The notes beneath the pieces are model-generated. The model saw only the letters and a list, made by a program, of their open reading frames with translations. It was not told the origin of the DNA and ran no database searches. Of a stretch of DNA of 25,403 bases, positions 25,284 through 25,403 are shown piece by piece (position 1 is the stretch's first letter; each line of letters begins with the position of its first letter). Both the position numbers and the translations under genes were made by a program. The DNA comes from Bacteroidota bacterium (lineage in GTDB: Bacteria; Bacillota; UBA4882; UBA8346), in contig JBLNDC010000349.1 of the NCBI GenBank assembly GCA_050261255.1, forward strand, positions 1 to 25,403, in the 5' to 3' direction.

Positions 25284-25403
25284 ATGGACCCAATAATGTA
25301 TTTGAAAGCTTTTTTAGTAGGTGGACTCTTCTGTTTAATTGGACAAGTTATTTATGACACCACCAAATTTACCATGGGGCATATCCTGACCGGAATGGTA
25401 ATC
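25284..25403 (+). CDS. spoVAE: Stage V sporulation protein AE (SpoVAEb type), 5' part only
   Basis: MDPIMYLKAFLVGGLFCLIGQVIYDTTKFTMGHILTGMVI, directly after spoVAD. Runs off the window. The start could be 25296. Confidence 0.9.
   Translation, partial: MDPIMYLKAFLVGGLFCLIGQVIYDTTKFTMGHILTGMVI

Noticed and set aside
1289-25293. Remaining short nested or antisense ORFs in the six-frame track
   Set aside because: They overlap well-supported genes in other frames or strands and lack SDs and motifs.
23765-25403. Mobile spoVA2mob heat-resistance operon
   Set aside because: No DUF1657, YhcN or DUF421 genes and no transposon features are seen upstream. It looks like the ordinary minimal spoVAC-D-E operon.

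Overview
Chromosomal window from an endospore-forming Bacillota (spoVAC-spoVAD-spoVAE at the right end). It may be a diderm lineage, because the sugar-binding protein has no lipobox (inference). Left to right: a short partial CDS; a small membrane protein flanked by inverted modular GC-rich repeats; a three-gene CoA-dehydratase/activase (HgdC plus two reductase/dehydratase-type, Pls/Ger-like) cluster; a large membrane-protein gene broken by two frameshifts; a YmaF-family gene; a minus-strand sugar ABC (SBP, 2 permeases) plus YesM/YesN-type two-component cassette, with the same ~119-bp long hairpin in two of its intergenic gaps; an FMN glutamate-synthase-family protein lacking the Fe-S cysteines; a 4xLysM protein; three paralogous signal-peptide-less S8 (AprX-like) proteases interleaved with six small ORFs (25-42 aa) absent from the ORF track; a conserved hypothetical gene; and spoVA. 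The strongest candidate for an undescribed system is the S8/small-peptide locus. Five small ORFs form a hydrophobic family (MAD/MSD...F-x-G...W-L/I-x-L-I-L), and three of them share the exact core GCCNPFWLFLILILL. The third protease carries two near-copies of that core as a C-terminal tail. All calls are by eye from sequence and motifs; no database search was run.
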